Shown one piece after another: positions 1 through 12,849 of a DNA stretch of 64,000 nucleotides (the stretch's first letter is position 1; every line of letters starts with the position of its first letter). A program made the translations under genes and the position numbers. The stretch covers positions 87,155 through 151,154 of the forward strand of contig JAVWHX010000001.1 in the NCBI GenBank assembly GCA_036639875.1, read 5' to 3'. The notes beneath the pieces were generated by a model. It was not told the origin of the DNA. It searched no databases and saw only the letters and a list, made by a program, of their open reading frames with translations. Origin of the DNA: Coprobacillus sp. GTDB taxonomy: Bacteria > Bacillota_I > Bacilli_A > Erysipelotrichales > Coprobacillaceae.

Positions 1-370
1 AAAGACTAACAATTTTATAATTTAAGATATAATGTTTTTTTTCAAACTGATTATCTTCACTATATACAACAGTAGTAATCCCGTCTTCCATTGACAAATC
101 ATAAGTTTGTAAGATACTTCCCTCATTATAAAGAGTTGATAATCCTATTTTCTCATTTTTAATAATTTCACTAATTTTCATTTTTACCTTAACAGGTTTT
201 TGTCCTGTTTTAGTATATAATTTTTTTTCTATAGATAATCCTTTTTCTAATTTCTCTATATTTGTTTTATACTGTTGAAAAAACTTTAATTGTTCTTTTT
301 CGATTACTTCATATACACTTTTTATATCGCTATAGAAATTATATGTATAACTTATAATACTTTCACTCAT
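1..370 (-). CDS. hypothetical protein; 3' end runs off the left edge of the window
   Basis: Open frame from the ATG cluster at 368-376 (AGGAG just upstream, overlapping the EIIC stop) down to position 2. Translation begins MSESIISYTYNFYSDIKSVYEV. Absent from the supplied track because it is truncated. Lies immediately downstream of the PTS EIIC gene. Confidence 0.5.
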   Translation of the reverse strand, partial: MSESIISYTYNFYSDIKSVYEVIEKEQLKFFQQYKTNIEKLEKGLSIEKKLYTKTGQKPVKVKMKISEIIKNEKIGLSTLYNEGSILQTYDLSMEDGITTVVYSEDNQFEKKHYILNYKIVSL

Positions 371-381
371 CATCATCACTC

Positions 382-1695
382 CTATATTTGATTATTTACT
401 GTTTGATGTACAATATCATCTTGCTCTTCTTGTTCTTCATCCTTCAAATATCCTTTATCTAAAGCCTTTAAAAATGGGAACCAAATAACGGTTGTTAATG
501 CAACATTAAACAACTGTAATAAAGCACCAGTGATTGATCCCGTAGCAAGCCAACCAGATAATAGCATCGGTGTTGACCAAACTACTGTAGCGCCAATTGG
601 TTTAGGCACTAAACCAAAGTACATAGCAAAATAAGATGTGGTAACCATTGCAACAGGTGCTAAAATCCATGGAATAAGAATGACTGGATTTAAAACTATA
701 GGTAACCCAAAAGTGATTGGTTCAGAAATATTAAACACTGCTGGTGTAGCTACTAACTGCATTGTACTTTTCAAACGTTTTGACTTAGCAATAAATAAAA
801 TTGATGCTAAAGCAATACCTAAAATGATACCTGTTGTTGCAAAACAACCCATGAAAGTTGTACAAATAATATTCGGTCTATCTATACCTGCTAAATATGC
901 ATTGTAATTTTCAAGACTTAAAGCAGCATGAATTGGATCCACAACTGAATTCACTACTAATGTTCCATGAATACCAAACCACCAAAAAATTTGTGTAAAG
1001 ATAATAACTAAAATAGTTGCTGGCAATGTTGCACCTAATGATACAATCGGTGCTTGTAATACGTTGTAAACAAAGTCAATCACATTCCCATATGCTGTAA
1101 ATGTAAAACCATATCTAATAGCATTGAACACTAGCAAAGATGCTGCTGCAGGTATAATTGCTGTAAAAGATCTAGCAATACCTGTAGGGACAGAACTCGG
1201 CATTTTTATGGTAATATTGGCTTTTTCTAATGCACAGAATATCTCTGTAGATAAAAAAGCCACAACCATCCCAACAAACATCCCTTGTGCTCCCAAATTT
1301 TGCAATCCTATAAAAGCACCTTTATCCCCACTACCAAAAGGCACTAACAATAGAAAACTAGATAACGCTACCCCACCTGCATATAATGCAGATTGTTCAT
1401 AATGTTTAGCCAAATTATAGGCAATACCAAAAACAATAAATAAAGTACTAATGTTCATAGTAGCATTACCAATTGGTCCAAAGAAATCATTCAAGAATAT
1501 ATTGATACCTTCGGGAATATACTCTGCAAAACCAAAAGTTGCAGGTAAATTTTGTAAAATAATAGCAATAGAAGCAAACATAGTTGCTGGAAAAGCCAAC
1601 ATAAACCCATCTCTTATACTTAATAAATAGCGATTTTGAGCAATCCAATCAGCGATTGGCATCATTTTACTCATAAATTTGTTATTAAAACTCAT
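382..1695 (-). CDS. PTS lactose/cellobiose-family EIIC permease
   Basis: 437 aa polytopic membrane protein. The N-terminus (MPIADWIAQNRYLLSIRDGF) and overall layout are typical of cellobiose/lactose-family EIIC. Confidence 0.85.
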   Translation of the reverse strand: MSFNNKFMSKMMPIADWIAQNRYLLSIRDGFMLAFPATMFASIAIILQNLPATFGFAEYIPEGINIFLNDFFGPIGNATMNISTLFIVFGIAYNLAKHYEQSALYAGGVALSSFLLLVPFGSGDKGAFIGLQNLGAQGMFVGMVVAFLSTEIFCALEKANITIKMPSSVPTGIARSFTAIIPAAASLLVFNAIRYGFTFTAYGNVIDFVYNVLQAPIVSLGATLPATILVIIFTQIFWWFGIHGTLVVNSVVDPIHAALSLENYNAYLAGIDRPNIICTTFMGCFATTGIILGIALASILFIAKSKRLKSTMQLVATPAVFNISEPITFGLPIVLNPVILIPWILAPVAMVTTSYFAMYFGLVPKPIGATVVWSTPMLLSGWLATGSITGALLQLFNVALTTVIWFPFLKALDKGYLKDEEQEEQDDIVHQTVNNQI

Positions 1696-1724
1696 AATTT
1701 CTCTCCTCTTAATTATTTGTCATC

Positions 1725-1738
1725 CGTTAACGCTAACA
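1725..1738 (-). promoter_or_regulatory. candidate cre (CcpA) operator upstream of the PTS EIIC gene
   Basis: Minus strand reads TGTTAGCGTTAACG. This matches the cre consensus TGWNANCGNTNWCA at 13 of 14 positions. It sits in the divergent intergenic region between EIIC and the AraC regulator. Confidence 0.35.
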
Positions 1739-1820
1739 TGATTATATTATAAATAATATGTTCTTTATTCATATAGAATAATGTGATAATATTATGGAGA
1801 AATGTGACATGGAGGTAACT

Positions 1821-2630
1821 ATGAGACTATATACTAATTCTAATGACTTTTACTCAAATATTGATGCTATGATTTATAATAATGGATATGAGGAATGTGA
1901 AGCTAACCATTTCTATGGTCCAGCTGTACGCAAAAGTTTTATGATTCATTACATTACTGCTGGAAAAGGAATATATCGTGTAAATGGCAAAACATATTAT
2001 TTAAAAAAAGGAGATGCTTTTTTAATATGCCCTGGTGAAGAAATTTTTTATCAAGCCGATAAGAGTAATCCTTGGTGTTATGCTTGGATTGGAATGCAAG
2101 GTATAAAAATTAACGACTATTTGCAAAGAACAACTTTATCCGATTCTCCAATTATTCATTATTCCAAAGATGAACAATTAAGTTTTCTCTACATAAAGTT
2201 AGCCAAAGCCTATTCTAACAATATAAAAGGAAGAGATTTAATACTAAATAGTATTCTTTATGAATTTTTACATTTTCTAGTAGAAAATTTTCCAAATGAA
2301 AATCATAATACAAACCATGATGAAGAGTACATTCAAGAATGTATTGCATATTGTTTTAACAATCTAGACAAAAAAGTACAAGTTCAAGACATCGCAGAAT
2401 ATTTAGGGTTAAATCGTTCTCATTTAACTCGATTATTTAAAAAACATTTGGGAGTATCACTCAAAGAATACATTTGGACTACAAAAATTAACGAAGCAGA
2501 TAAACTCTTAAGAGAAACAAATTTATCTATTAAGATTATTGCTAGATCAGTCGGATTTGATGATCAATTATATTTTTCAAGATTTTATAAAGAAAAAAAA
2601 GGTATTACTGCTAAGGAATATAGAAAATAA
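1821..2630 (+). CDS. AraC-family transcriptional regulator (cupin sensor plus C-terminal HTH)
   Basis: C-terminal AraC HTH signature (VQDIAEYLGLNRSHLTRLFKK ... IARSVGFDDQLYFSRFYKEKKGITAKEYR). Start chosen at the ATG preceded by GGAGGT (third Met of the track ORF 1794-2630). Confidence 0.85.
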   Translation: MRLYTNSNDFYSNIDAMIYNNGYEECEANHFYGPAVRKSFMIHYITAGKGIYRVNGKTYYLKKGDAFLICPGEEIFYQADKSNPWCYAWIGMQGIKINDYLQRTTLSDSPIIHYSKDEQLSFLYIKLAKAYSNNIKGRDLILNSILYEFLHFLVENFPNENHNTNHDEEYIQECIAYCFNNLDKKVQVQDIAEYLGLNRSHLTRLFKKHLGVSLKEYIWTTKINEADKLLRETNLSIKIIARSVGFDDQLYFSRFYKEKKGITAKEYRK

Positions 2631-2842
2631 ACCACTAATTTAAATTGTTCTAATATAAAAAAGGTCTATTCAAGATTAATAATTCAATAATATTATCACT
2701 TATGAAACGGCAGAATAAAATAATAAGAAATTAAATTTTTTTCTTAATTAGATATCTTCTATGATATTCTTCTTTATAATAGAAATGTCTTTGCAAAATA
2801 CATAAAGTTAAATCTTCAAAAAATCCGTTTAATTTCTTATAC

Positions 2843-2871
2843 AAAAAAAGATAACCAACTATAGTTATCTT
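2843..2871 (-). terminator. rho-independent terminator of the 79-aa gene
   Basis: 8-bp stem AAGATAAC/GTTATCTT with an 8-nt loop, followed on the minus strand by a run of 7 T. Confidence 0.5.
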
Positions 2872-2876
2872 TCGTT

Positions 2877-3116
2877 TTATCTTCTTAAAAACTTTAAAGC
2901 TTTTTTTGAAAGTTCATTTGCTTTTCTTATAGGTTCATCAATTTCATCTAAAAGAGATTGCAATTCATCTAATTCTTGATTTGTACTTTCAATTTCTAAT
3001 TTCTTTTGTTTTAACTCTTTTATACTGTGAGACATCTTTTCTCTTTTATCTATAAAGTAAATAGCTAATATCATAAAAAGCAAACCACCAATAATATATA
3101 TAAATGTCATAAACAT
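2877..3116 (-). CDS. small membrane-anchored coiled-coil protein, unknown function
   Basis: 79 aa. N-terminal hydrophobic helix (FIYIIGGLLFMILAIYFI) followed by a charged heptad-like tail. Has its own terminator. Confidence 0.45.
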   Translation of the reverse strand: MFMTFIYIIGGLLFMILAIYFIDKREKMSHSIKELKQKKLEIESTNQELDELQSLLDEIDEPIRKANELSKKALKFLRR

Positions 3117-3234
3117 CCCTCATTTCTTTTCTTATTATAGCATATTCAATAATAATATTACATGAGATTTACGACAAAGTTCTTTTTTGTTGTTAAAAAA
3201 GAGATAAAATGATAACATAAATACAGGTGATATT

Positions 3235-6514
<3,280 letters not shown>

Positions 6515-6539
<25 letters not shown>

Positions 6540-7468
6540 AATTGATTTACTATTCTTTTATTTTCTTGCGAATATCCTAGCAAAGTTCTAGGACTTATAT
6601 GTAACATTAAAGACATTAATTCTTTAATCTGTTTTTTATTACGACTAGAAAAAGAAGTTGCTATTAAAACTCTTGTTTTCTTGAAATTTCTATCATAAAT
6701 AACCAATGTTATATCTTGATCAAACAAGAAAAAGAATTTCTTTTTTTCTGTATACATCCATATAATATCATAAAAATCTATAACATAAGGACTTGGATGA
6801 TTAAAAACCAAATAATTTGATAAAACAGCAACATCAATAGAATCATATATAATCTCAGGAGATTTAAATTCCTGATTAAACTGTGACAACTCTTTATTCA
6901 AAATAATGTTTTTTAAACTATAAAGATATGTCTTTCTATAATATAACTTAATACATAATAAAATAAACCAACATAGTAATGGAAGACAACTAAAAACAAT
7001 AACAATCTGCATATCATACAAAAGTGGTGCAACAGAATGATCAAAATAATAATTACCAGTATATTTAATCATTTCATTAATATCACTAACTTTTAAATTA
7101 GGATAATATTTTTGAAATGTTGGAATTAATTTTTCTAAGGTATCTTCATTAACAAGTCTTGGTACACCAGTAAGCTTAGTCGTTGAAGAAAGTGGTTCCT
7201 CACTATAATATAAATATATATAAGTTCCATCATCAGCTACATAATATTGATTATCGAGCTTTTGAACTTGATCAACTTCAATATAAGTGTATTTGAATGT
7301 ATTATTCTCATCAAATGCAATAGGCTCTACTTTTATAAAATTTAATATAATAACAGATATAATCATTGTCACAAATATAAAGAAAAAAAGATTCAATAAA
7401 ATATTATGAAAATGATAAGGCATCTTCTTTTCAATTAATCGTCGTAATTTTTTTATTTGTTTTTTCAT
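6515..7468 (-). CDS. hypothetical two-TM membrane protein
   Basis: Start at MKKQIKKLRR (ATG 7466-7468), one nucleotide (7469) downstream of the upstream ABC gene's stop codon (7470-7472). Two hydrophobic segments. No motif I recognise. Confidence 0.5.
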
Positions 7469-7469
7469 A

Positions 7470-9206
7470 TTATTCACCTTTAAATTGCATATTGTATAAA
7501 TGAGCATAATGACCATTCATTAATAATAATTCTTCATGTGTACCTGTTTCAGCTATTCCTTCTTCAGTTAAAACGCATATTCTTTTAGCATTCTTAATTG
7601 TTGAAAGTCTATGAGCAATAACGAATGTTGTACGATTAGCTGCTAAAGATTCAAGAGAGAGTTGCACAATATGTTCACTTTCATTATCTAAAGCACTTGT
7701 TGCTTCATCAAAGATAAGTATTGGTGGATTCTTCAAGAAAACACGAGCAATAGATAATCTTTGCTTTTGTCCGCCTGATAGTTTTACACCACGTTGTCCA
7801 CAATCAGTATCATAGCCATCAGGTAAATCCATAATAAAATCATGAGCATTAGCTTTTCTAGCCGCTTCTATAACTTCTTCATCTGTTGCATTAAACTTAC
7901 CATAACGAATATTATCCATAATCGTTCCAGCAAATAAATAAACATCTTGTTGAACAATTCCAATATTTTGTCTTAATGAAGCCAATTTCACTGATCTAAT
8001 ATCTTGATTATCAATCTTAATATGTCCTTCACTAACTTCATAGAAGCGTGGTAGTAAAGAACAAACAGTTGTCTTCCCTACTCCAGAAGATCCTACTAAC
8101 GCAATATAATCACCAGGAACAACATCTAAATCAATATGACGTAATACATAATCATTCTTTTCATTATATTTAAAACCAACATCACAAAATTCAATATGTC
8201 CTTTAACATCCCTTAATTCAACAGCATCTTCTTGATCTTGAATATCAGGTTGAATTTCAAGCACTTCCATAAATCTTTCAAAACCTGTTGCACCTTCTTG
8301 AAACTGTTCAGTAAAGTTAATGAGCTTCTTAACAGGATCAATTAAGTTAGCAATATATAAGATAAAAGCAATTAAATCAGGTGTTGTAATAGCTTCATTA
8401 CTAATAAATAAAGCACCAAAGAAAATCACTGCCACAGTAATTAAACTTGTAAACACACCAAGCCCCGAATGATATTTAGCCATATACAAATAACTATTTC
8501 TTTTACTATCTACAAAACGACTATTCTCAACTTGAAATTTATCCATTTCTTCATCTTCATTAGCAAAACTTTTCACAACTCTAATTCCAGATAAATTATC
8601 TTCAATACGTGCATTAATATCTCCAATACGTTGTTTATTCCTTTTAAAAGCTTTCTTCATCTTTTTATTATAATACAATGCAAACAATCCCATAACTGGA
8701 ATAAAAGCAAAAACAATAAGAGTTAATTTCAAATTAATTGTTGATAAAATAACAAAAGCTCCAATAAACTTAATTAAAGAAATAACAATATCTTCTGGTC
8801 CATGATGATAAAGTTCAGTTAAAGAAAATATATCATTTGTAATACGAGACATTAATTGACCTGTTTTTTGTTCATCATAAAAACTAAAAGATAGTTTTTG
8901 ATAATGTTCAAATAACTCATTACGAATATCTCTTTCCATATATGTACCCATAACATGACCTTTATAAGTCACATAAAAATTACACCCAAATTCTATAATG
9001 ACCAATCCAATCATTAAAGCTCCTAATTGATAAATAAGCGATAATTCAATTGGTGTTTGAAGTAAAACTTCACCCGTTATATATCTTGTAATCATTGGAA
9101 AAGTAAGTGTTACACCTGCTGCAATCATTGCACAAAACATATCAGTAAAAAACAATCTCTTATAAGGTTTATAATAAGATATGAATTTTTTAAATCTTCC
9201 TTTCAT
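7470..9206 (-). CDS. ABC exporter, fused permease/ATPase (MsbA/multidrug type)
   Basis: Six-TM N-terminal domain. Walker A GSSGVGKT, signature LSGGQKQR, Walker B ILIFDEATSALD. GGGGGAAG RBS before MKGRFKKF. Confidence 0.9.
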   Translation of the reverse strand: MKGRFKKFISYYKPYKRLFFTDMFCAMIAAGVTLTFPMITRYITGEVLLQTPIELSLIYQLGALMIGLVIIEFGCNFYVTYKGHVMGTYMERDIRNELFEHYQKLSFSFYDEQKTGQLMSRITNDIFSLTELYHHGPEDIVISLIKFIGAFVILSTINLKLTLIVFAFIPVMGLFALYYNKKMKKAFKRNKQRIGDINARIEDNLSGIRVVKSFANEDEEMDKFQVENSRFVDSKRNSYLYMAKYHSGLGVFTSLITVAVIFFGALFISNEAITTPDLIAFILYIANLIDPVKKLINFTEQFQEGATGFERFMEVLEIQPDIQDQEDAVELRDVKGHIEFCDVGFKYNEKNDYVLRHIDLDVVPGDYIALVGSSGVGKTTVCSLLPRFYEVSEGHIKIDNQDIRSVKLASLRQNIGIVQQDVYLFAGTIMDNIRYGKFNATDEEVIEAARKANAHDFIMDLPDGYDTDCGQRGVKLSGGQKQRLSIARVFLKNPPILIFDEATSALDNESEHIVQLSLESLAANRTTFVIAHRLSTIKNAKRICVLTEEGIAETGTHEELLLMNGHYAHLYNMQFKGE

Positions 9207-9265
9207 ATTTTCTTCCCCCTTAACCTTATTCATTTTAACTCATTTTTTAATTTTAGTCTATGAAA

Positions 9266-9287
9266 ATAGCCTACAAATGTAGGCTAT
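9266..9287 (-). terminator. rho-independent terminator after the Na/Pi transporter gene
   Basis: ATAGCCTACA/TGTAGGCTAT inverted repeat, followed on the minus strand by TTTTC. Confidence 0.5.
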
Positions 9288-10987
9288 AAAATATAATCTG
9301 ATGGATCTCCATGTTCTTGTTCTAAGAGACGACTAATTTCTTCACTATCATCATTAAGAATAGAAAAGGCAATATTTGTCGCATGATCCCCAACTCTTTC
9401 TAAAGAAGCCGCAAGATCAGAATAAAGCATCCCCTCTCTAGGAGCAGTTTCTTTACGCTTGATATCTTTAAGATATCCTTTTTGTAAGCTTGCTTCTTTC
9501 TTATCAATTAATTCTTCTAATTTTAATATTTCATTAAGATGAGCTAACGACTTTTGAGCAAACATCTCAATACTTAATTCTAACTCAGAATTAACCATCG
9601 TTAATAACTCTCTAATTTCTCTTTTATGGTTTTCGGTAAATTTATATTTTTTTTCTTTACACTTAACAGTGATTTTACCAATTGTACGAGCATGGTCCCC
9701 AATTCTTTCAATATCAGCAATAACATGGAAAAGTGGACCAATCATTCTTGAATCTTCATCAGGTAAAGGTGATTGATTAATTCGATTTAAATATTCAAAG
9801 ATAGCATGATTTAAATAATCAATATGCTCCTCATTACGAATAATCTCCTCCTCAGTAGAAGTATCCACTTCTAATAAAGAGTTCACTGCAATATTTAGAT
9901 TATCTCTAGCTAATGAAGACATACGTTCTACTTCATGAATAGTTTGGGGAATAGCTGTTGTTGCAGAATAAGCCTTTTCACTAATAAATTGTGTTGAGAA
10001 TCCTTTATCTTCATCATCACCAGGAACAATATAATATGTTAACTTAGCAATATATTTAGCCATTGGGAATAAACAAATAACTTCAAAGATTTTAAAGATA
10101 GTATGTGCATTAGCAACATTTCTAGCCATTGTTGCATTTAATGCAGCACCTGTCAAACCTTGAGATTGAGTCAGTGATAAAATTATGTTTTCTACATATG
10201 GCATAAATAATTGTAAAACAATAACAATTAATGTAGAACCAAATATATTCAATAAGAAATGAATATAAGCAGCTCTTTTGGCATTCTTCTTTCCACCAAT
10301 ACTAGCAATTAAAGCTGAAACACAAGAACCCATATTACATCCTAAAATCAAATAAAAACAAATATGTAAAGAAACCAATCCTTGTGAAGCTAACAATATC
10401 ACAATCCCAACAGTTGCTGAAGAGGACTGCAAGATAGCCGTCACTATAAACCCAACAAGTATTGCTAAAAATGGATTTGTTAATGAAGATAAGGTATCAA
10501 CCATGATTGGTGCATCTTTTAAAGATGTCATTGCAGCTGACATAGATGATAAACCAACAAACAAAATACCAAACCCTAATATAACTTCACCAATCTTTTG
10601 AATATTGGCTTTTTTAGAAAACATTACCATTACAACACCAGTAAAAACAAACAATGGTGCAACTTCAGATAAATTAAAAGCAATTAATTGACCCGTAATT
10701 GTTGTCCCAATATTCGCACCCATTATAATACCAGTAGCCTGATATAAATTCATTAATCCAGCATTTACAAAACTAACTACCAAAACAGTTGTTGCTGAAG
10801 AAGATTGGATAATAGCAGTAAACCCCATTCCAACCAAAGTCCCAACAAATGTATTCTTAGTCATTTTTTCTAGTATATTACGTAATTTCGCTCCAGCTAC
10901 ATTAGCAAGCGAATCACTCATCATTTTCATTCCATAAAGGAAAAGACCTAACCCTCCTATTAATGAAAAAATCGATACCATATCCAT
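9284..10987 (-). CDS. Na+/phosphate cotransporter family protein with C-terminal PhoU-like domain
   Basis: N-terminus MVSIFSLIGGLGLFLYGMKMMS and a duplicated QSSSAT motif typical of NptA-type transporters. C-terminal PhoU-like repeats (ERIGDHA, ERVGDHA). AAGGAGG RBS before the ATG at 10987. Confidence 0.85.
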   Translation of the reverse strand: MDMVSIFSLIGGLGLFLYGMKMMSDSLANVAGAKLRNILEKMTKNTFVGTLVGMGFTAIIQSSSATTVLVVSFVNAGLMNLYQATGIIMGANIGTTITGQLIAFNLSEVAPLFVFTGVVMVMFSKKANIQKIGEVILGFGILFVGLSSMSAAMTSLKDAPIMVDTLSSLTNPFLAILVGFIVTAILQSSSATVGIVILLASQGLVSLHICFYLILGCNMGSCVSALIASIGGKKNAKRAAYIHFLLNIFGSTLIVIVLQLFMPYVENIILSLTQSQGLTGAALNATMARNVANAHTIFKIFEVICLFPMAKYIAKLTYYIVPGDDEDKGFSTQFISEKAYSATTAIPQTIHEVERMSSLARDNLNIAVNSLLEVDTSTEEEIIRNEEHIDYLNHAIFEYLNRINQSPLPDEDSRMIGPLFHVIADIERIGDHARTIGKITVKCKEKKYKFTENHKREIRELLTMVNSELELSIEMFAQKSLAHLNEILKLEELIDKKEASLQKGYLKDIKRKETAPREGMLYSDLAASLERVGDHATNIAFSILNDDSEEISRLLEQEHGDPSDYIL

Positions 10988-11168
10988 AAATGACCTCCTT
11001 ATATTCATACAATTTTCAACAAATAACAATGCTATTATACAATAGATTAAAACAAATGAAAACAAACAATTTACATTTTCTTAACTTGTTCTTAACATTT
11101 TCTTAACATTTATCATATTAGACATTACCTATGTTATTTGTTATAATGTCAAAGAAAGGAATAAGACT

Positions 11169-12230
11169 ATGTATAAAATAAGAATAATGAATTTCAGACC
11201 TTATGAACATGAGGTATTATATAAACAATTAGAACAATTAGGAAAAGATGGTTATTATACTGATGATTTATCACTTGTTTCTATCTTTAAGAAAAAGGAT
11301 CATCCTGTTTACTACAAAATTGATTTTCTAAATACCAAAGGTTTAAAGAAAACTGAAAAAAGAAAACAAAAAGAAATATTCTATGATCCATATTTAGATA
11401 AAGATTATCAACCTATTTATAACAAAAGAGGTATGTATGTCTTTGTAGGAAAAGAAAAATTTAAGAAATCTATTGATTATAAAGACAAAAAAGATTACAT
11501 AGATTTTCAAACATTTTTTCAATATCTTTGGAATACTATAGGAGCACTCATTCTATGCCTTGGATTTGCTTTTATATCACTTCAATATGCGACAATTGAT
11601 ACATTCTTAAGTTATGGCATTACTGTTGTTTATGTTGGTATATTACTCTTATTAGCAACTTGTGTGTATAGAAATATAATCAATACTATTGGTATATCAA
11701 AATTTAAAAACCAAATTCAAAAACAACAGAAAGCATTTTCTTTATCAATGATAAAGAAAACAAGATTAATCTATTTAGTATTATCGATAATATCTTGTTT
11801 GCTCATTGCTGGTGGTTTAGTTGAAGATAGTATGAACGCCAAAACATTCACTCTTCAAGAACATCAAATGTTAACTTTAAAAGATTTAAATATGACTTTA
11901 GATTATAAGAGCAGTACTCAAAAACACCATAGTTTTACTGTCCCAACATCTTATCAATATTTAGAAGTTGCTGGAGAAACAATCATTTATACAAAAGAAT
12001 ATCATCTTTCTTCAAGTGAAAAAGCAACTCAATTAATGAAAGATTTCCAAAATAATCCAAAACAATATTTATGTAAAAGTATAAAATTAAAAGAAAATAT
12101 CATTTATGGATATTACGATGATACTCTGACAACCTTAATTATTCAAAAAGATAATGTTGTTGCATTAATATCATTTGAAATGGATATCACACAGGAACAA
12201 ATCAATACAATCATTAATTTCTATAAGTAA
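11169..12230 (+). CDS. hypothetical membrane protein (DUF2812-like N-terminus)
   Basis: 353 aa. The N-terminal approx 110 aa soluble part resembles proteins usually partnered with PadR regulators. Three central TM helices. No catalytic motif. Confidence 0.45.
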   Translation: MYKIRIMNFRPYEHEVLYKQLEQLGKDGYYTDDLSLVSIFKKKDHPVYYKIDFLNTKGLKKTEKRKQKEIFYDPYLDKDYQPIYNKRGMYVFVGKEKFKKSIDYKDKKDYIDFQTFFQYLWNTIGALILCLGFAFISLQYATIDTFLSYGITVVYVGILLLLATCVYRNIINTIGISKFKNQIQKQQKAFSLSMIKKTRLIYLVLSIISCLLIAGGLVEDSMNAKTFTLQEHQMLTLKDLNMTLDYKSSTQKHHSFTVPTSYQYLEVAGETIIYTKEYHLSSSEKATQLMKDFQNNPKQYLCKSIKLKENIIYGYYDDTLTTLIIQKDNVVALISFEMDITQEQINTIINFYK

Positions 12231-12259
12231 AAGGTTATCAATTCAGATTGATAACCTTT
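12230..12259. terminator. bidirectional rho-independent terminator
   Basis: Perfect 12-bp stem AAAGGTTATCAA/TTGATAACCTTT with a 6-nt loop, between convergent genes. Confidence 0.65.
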
Positions 12260-12261
12260 CT

Positions 12262-12795
12262 TTAATAAAATTTTGTTATATCTTCAACTGATTTACGTTT
12301 TGGCATATCAGGATTTATATTCCCATACCCTAAACCAATAACACTTACAACTGATTCGTTGTCTTCAATTTGAAGTAAACTCTTAATCATTGTCGCATCA
12401 CGTAACCCCATAACAAGTGTAGCAAGACCTAAATCTTGAGCTTTTAAAAGTAAATTCATATTATGTAATCCACAATCATAATAACCCCAACCATTGGCTA
12501 ATTCATTAGATGGTGTCCCATCTCTTTCAAACCCTGATCGATTAAGAACAATTGTTGAGACAATAATAACAGGAGCATCTTTCACATTTTCAGCATTAAA
12601 GTTAGGAAGTGCTTGTTTAACTTTCTCTAACATTTCTTTTTCCTTAACAACATAATATCTTGTTACTTGCGAATTCTTCCATGATGGAGCTAATATTGCT
12701 GCTTCAATTATAGAATGAATATCTTCATCAGAAACCATTGTATCTTTATATTTTCTAATACTTCTTCTTTTCTTCAATACTTCTTGTAATTCCAT
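12262..12795 (-). CDS. nitroreductase-family protein
   Basis: RRSIRKY motif near the N-terminus and APSWKNSQ block typical of NAD(P)H nitroreductases. Start at MELQEV, preceded by GAAGGGA. Confidence 0.8.
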   Translation of the reverse strand: MELQEVLKKRRSIRKYKDTMVSDEDIHSIIEAAILAPSWKNSQVTRYYVVKEKEMLEKVKQALPNFNAENVKDAPVIIVSTIVLNRSGFERDGTPSNELANGWGYYDCGLHNMNLLLKAQDLGLATLVMGLRDATMIKSLLQIEDNESVVSVIGLGYGNINPDMPKRKSVEDITKFY

Positions 12796-12825
12796 AATTT
12801 TCCCTTCTTTCATATCTATGATACC

Positions 12826-12849
12826 AAAAAAGTGTACATAATGTACACT
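12826..12849 (-). terminator. rho-independent terminator of htpG
   Basis: Palindrome AGTGTACAT-a-ATGTACACT, followed on the minus strand by TTTTT. Overlaps the htpG stop codon. Confidence 0.5.

Noticed and set aside
638-1402. Plus-strand ORFs 638-907 and 1124-1402, antisense to the PTS EIIC gene
   Set aside because: They lie fully inside a well-supported minus-strand gene, lack an RBS, and have odd composition. This is typical of antisense frames in AT-rich DNA. The same reasoning applies to 4782-5096, 15212-15475, 20023-20253, 20517-20699, 20773-21015, 23256-23486, 29820-30020, 31201-31422, 32895-33089, 36673-36870, 41299-41508, 43388-43615, 44638-44847, 46950-47135, 50941-51123, 55046-55228, 57644-58157 and 63007-63210.
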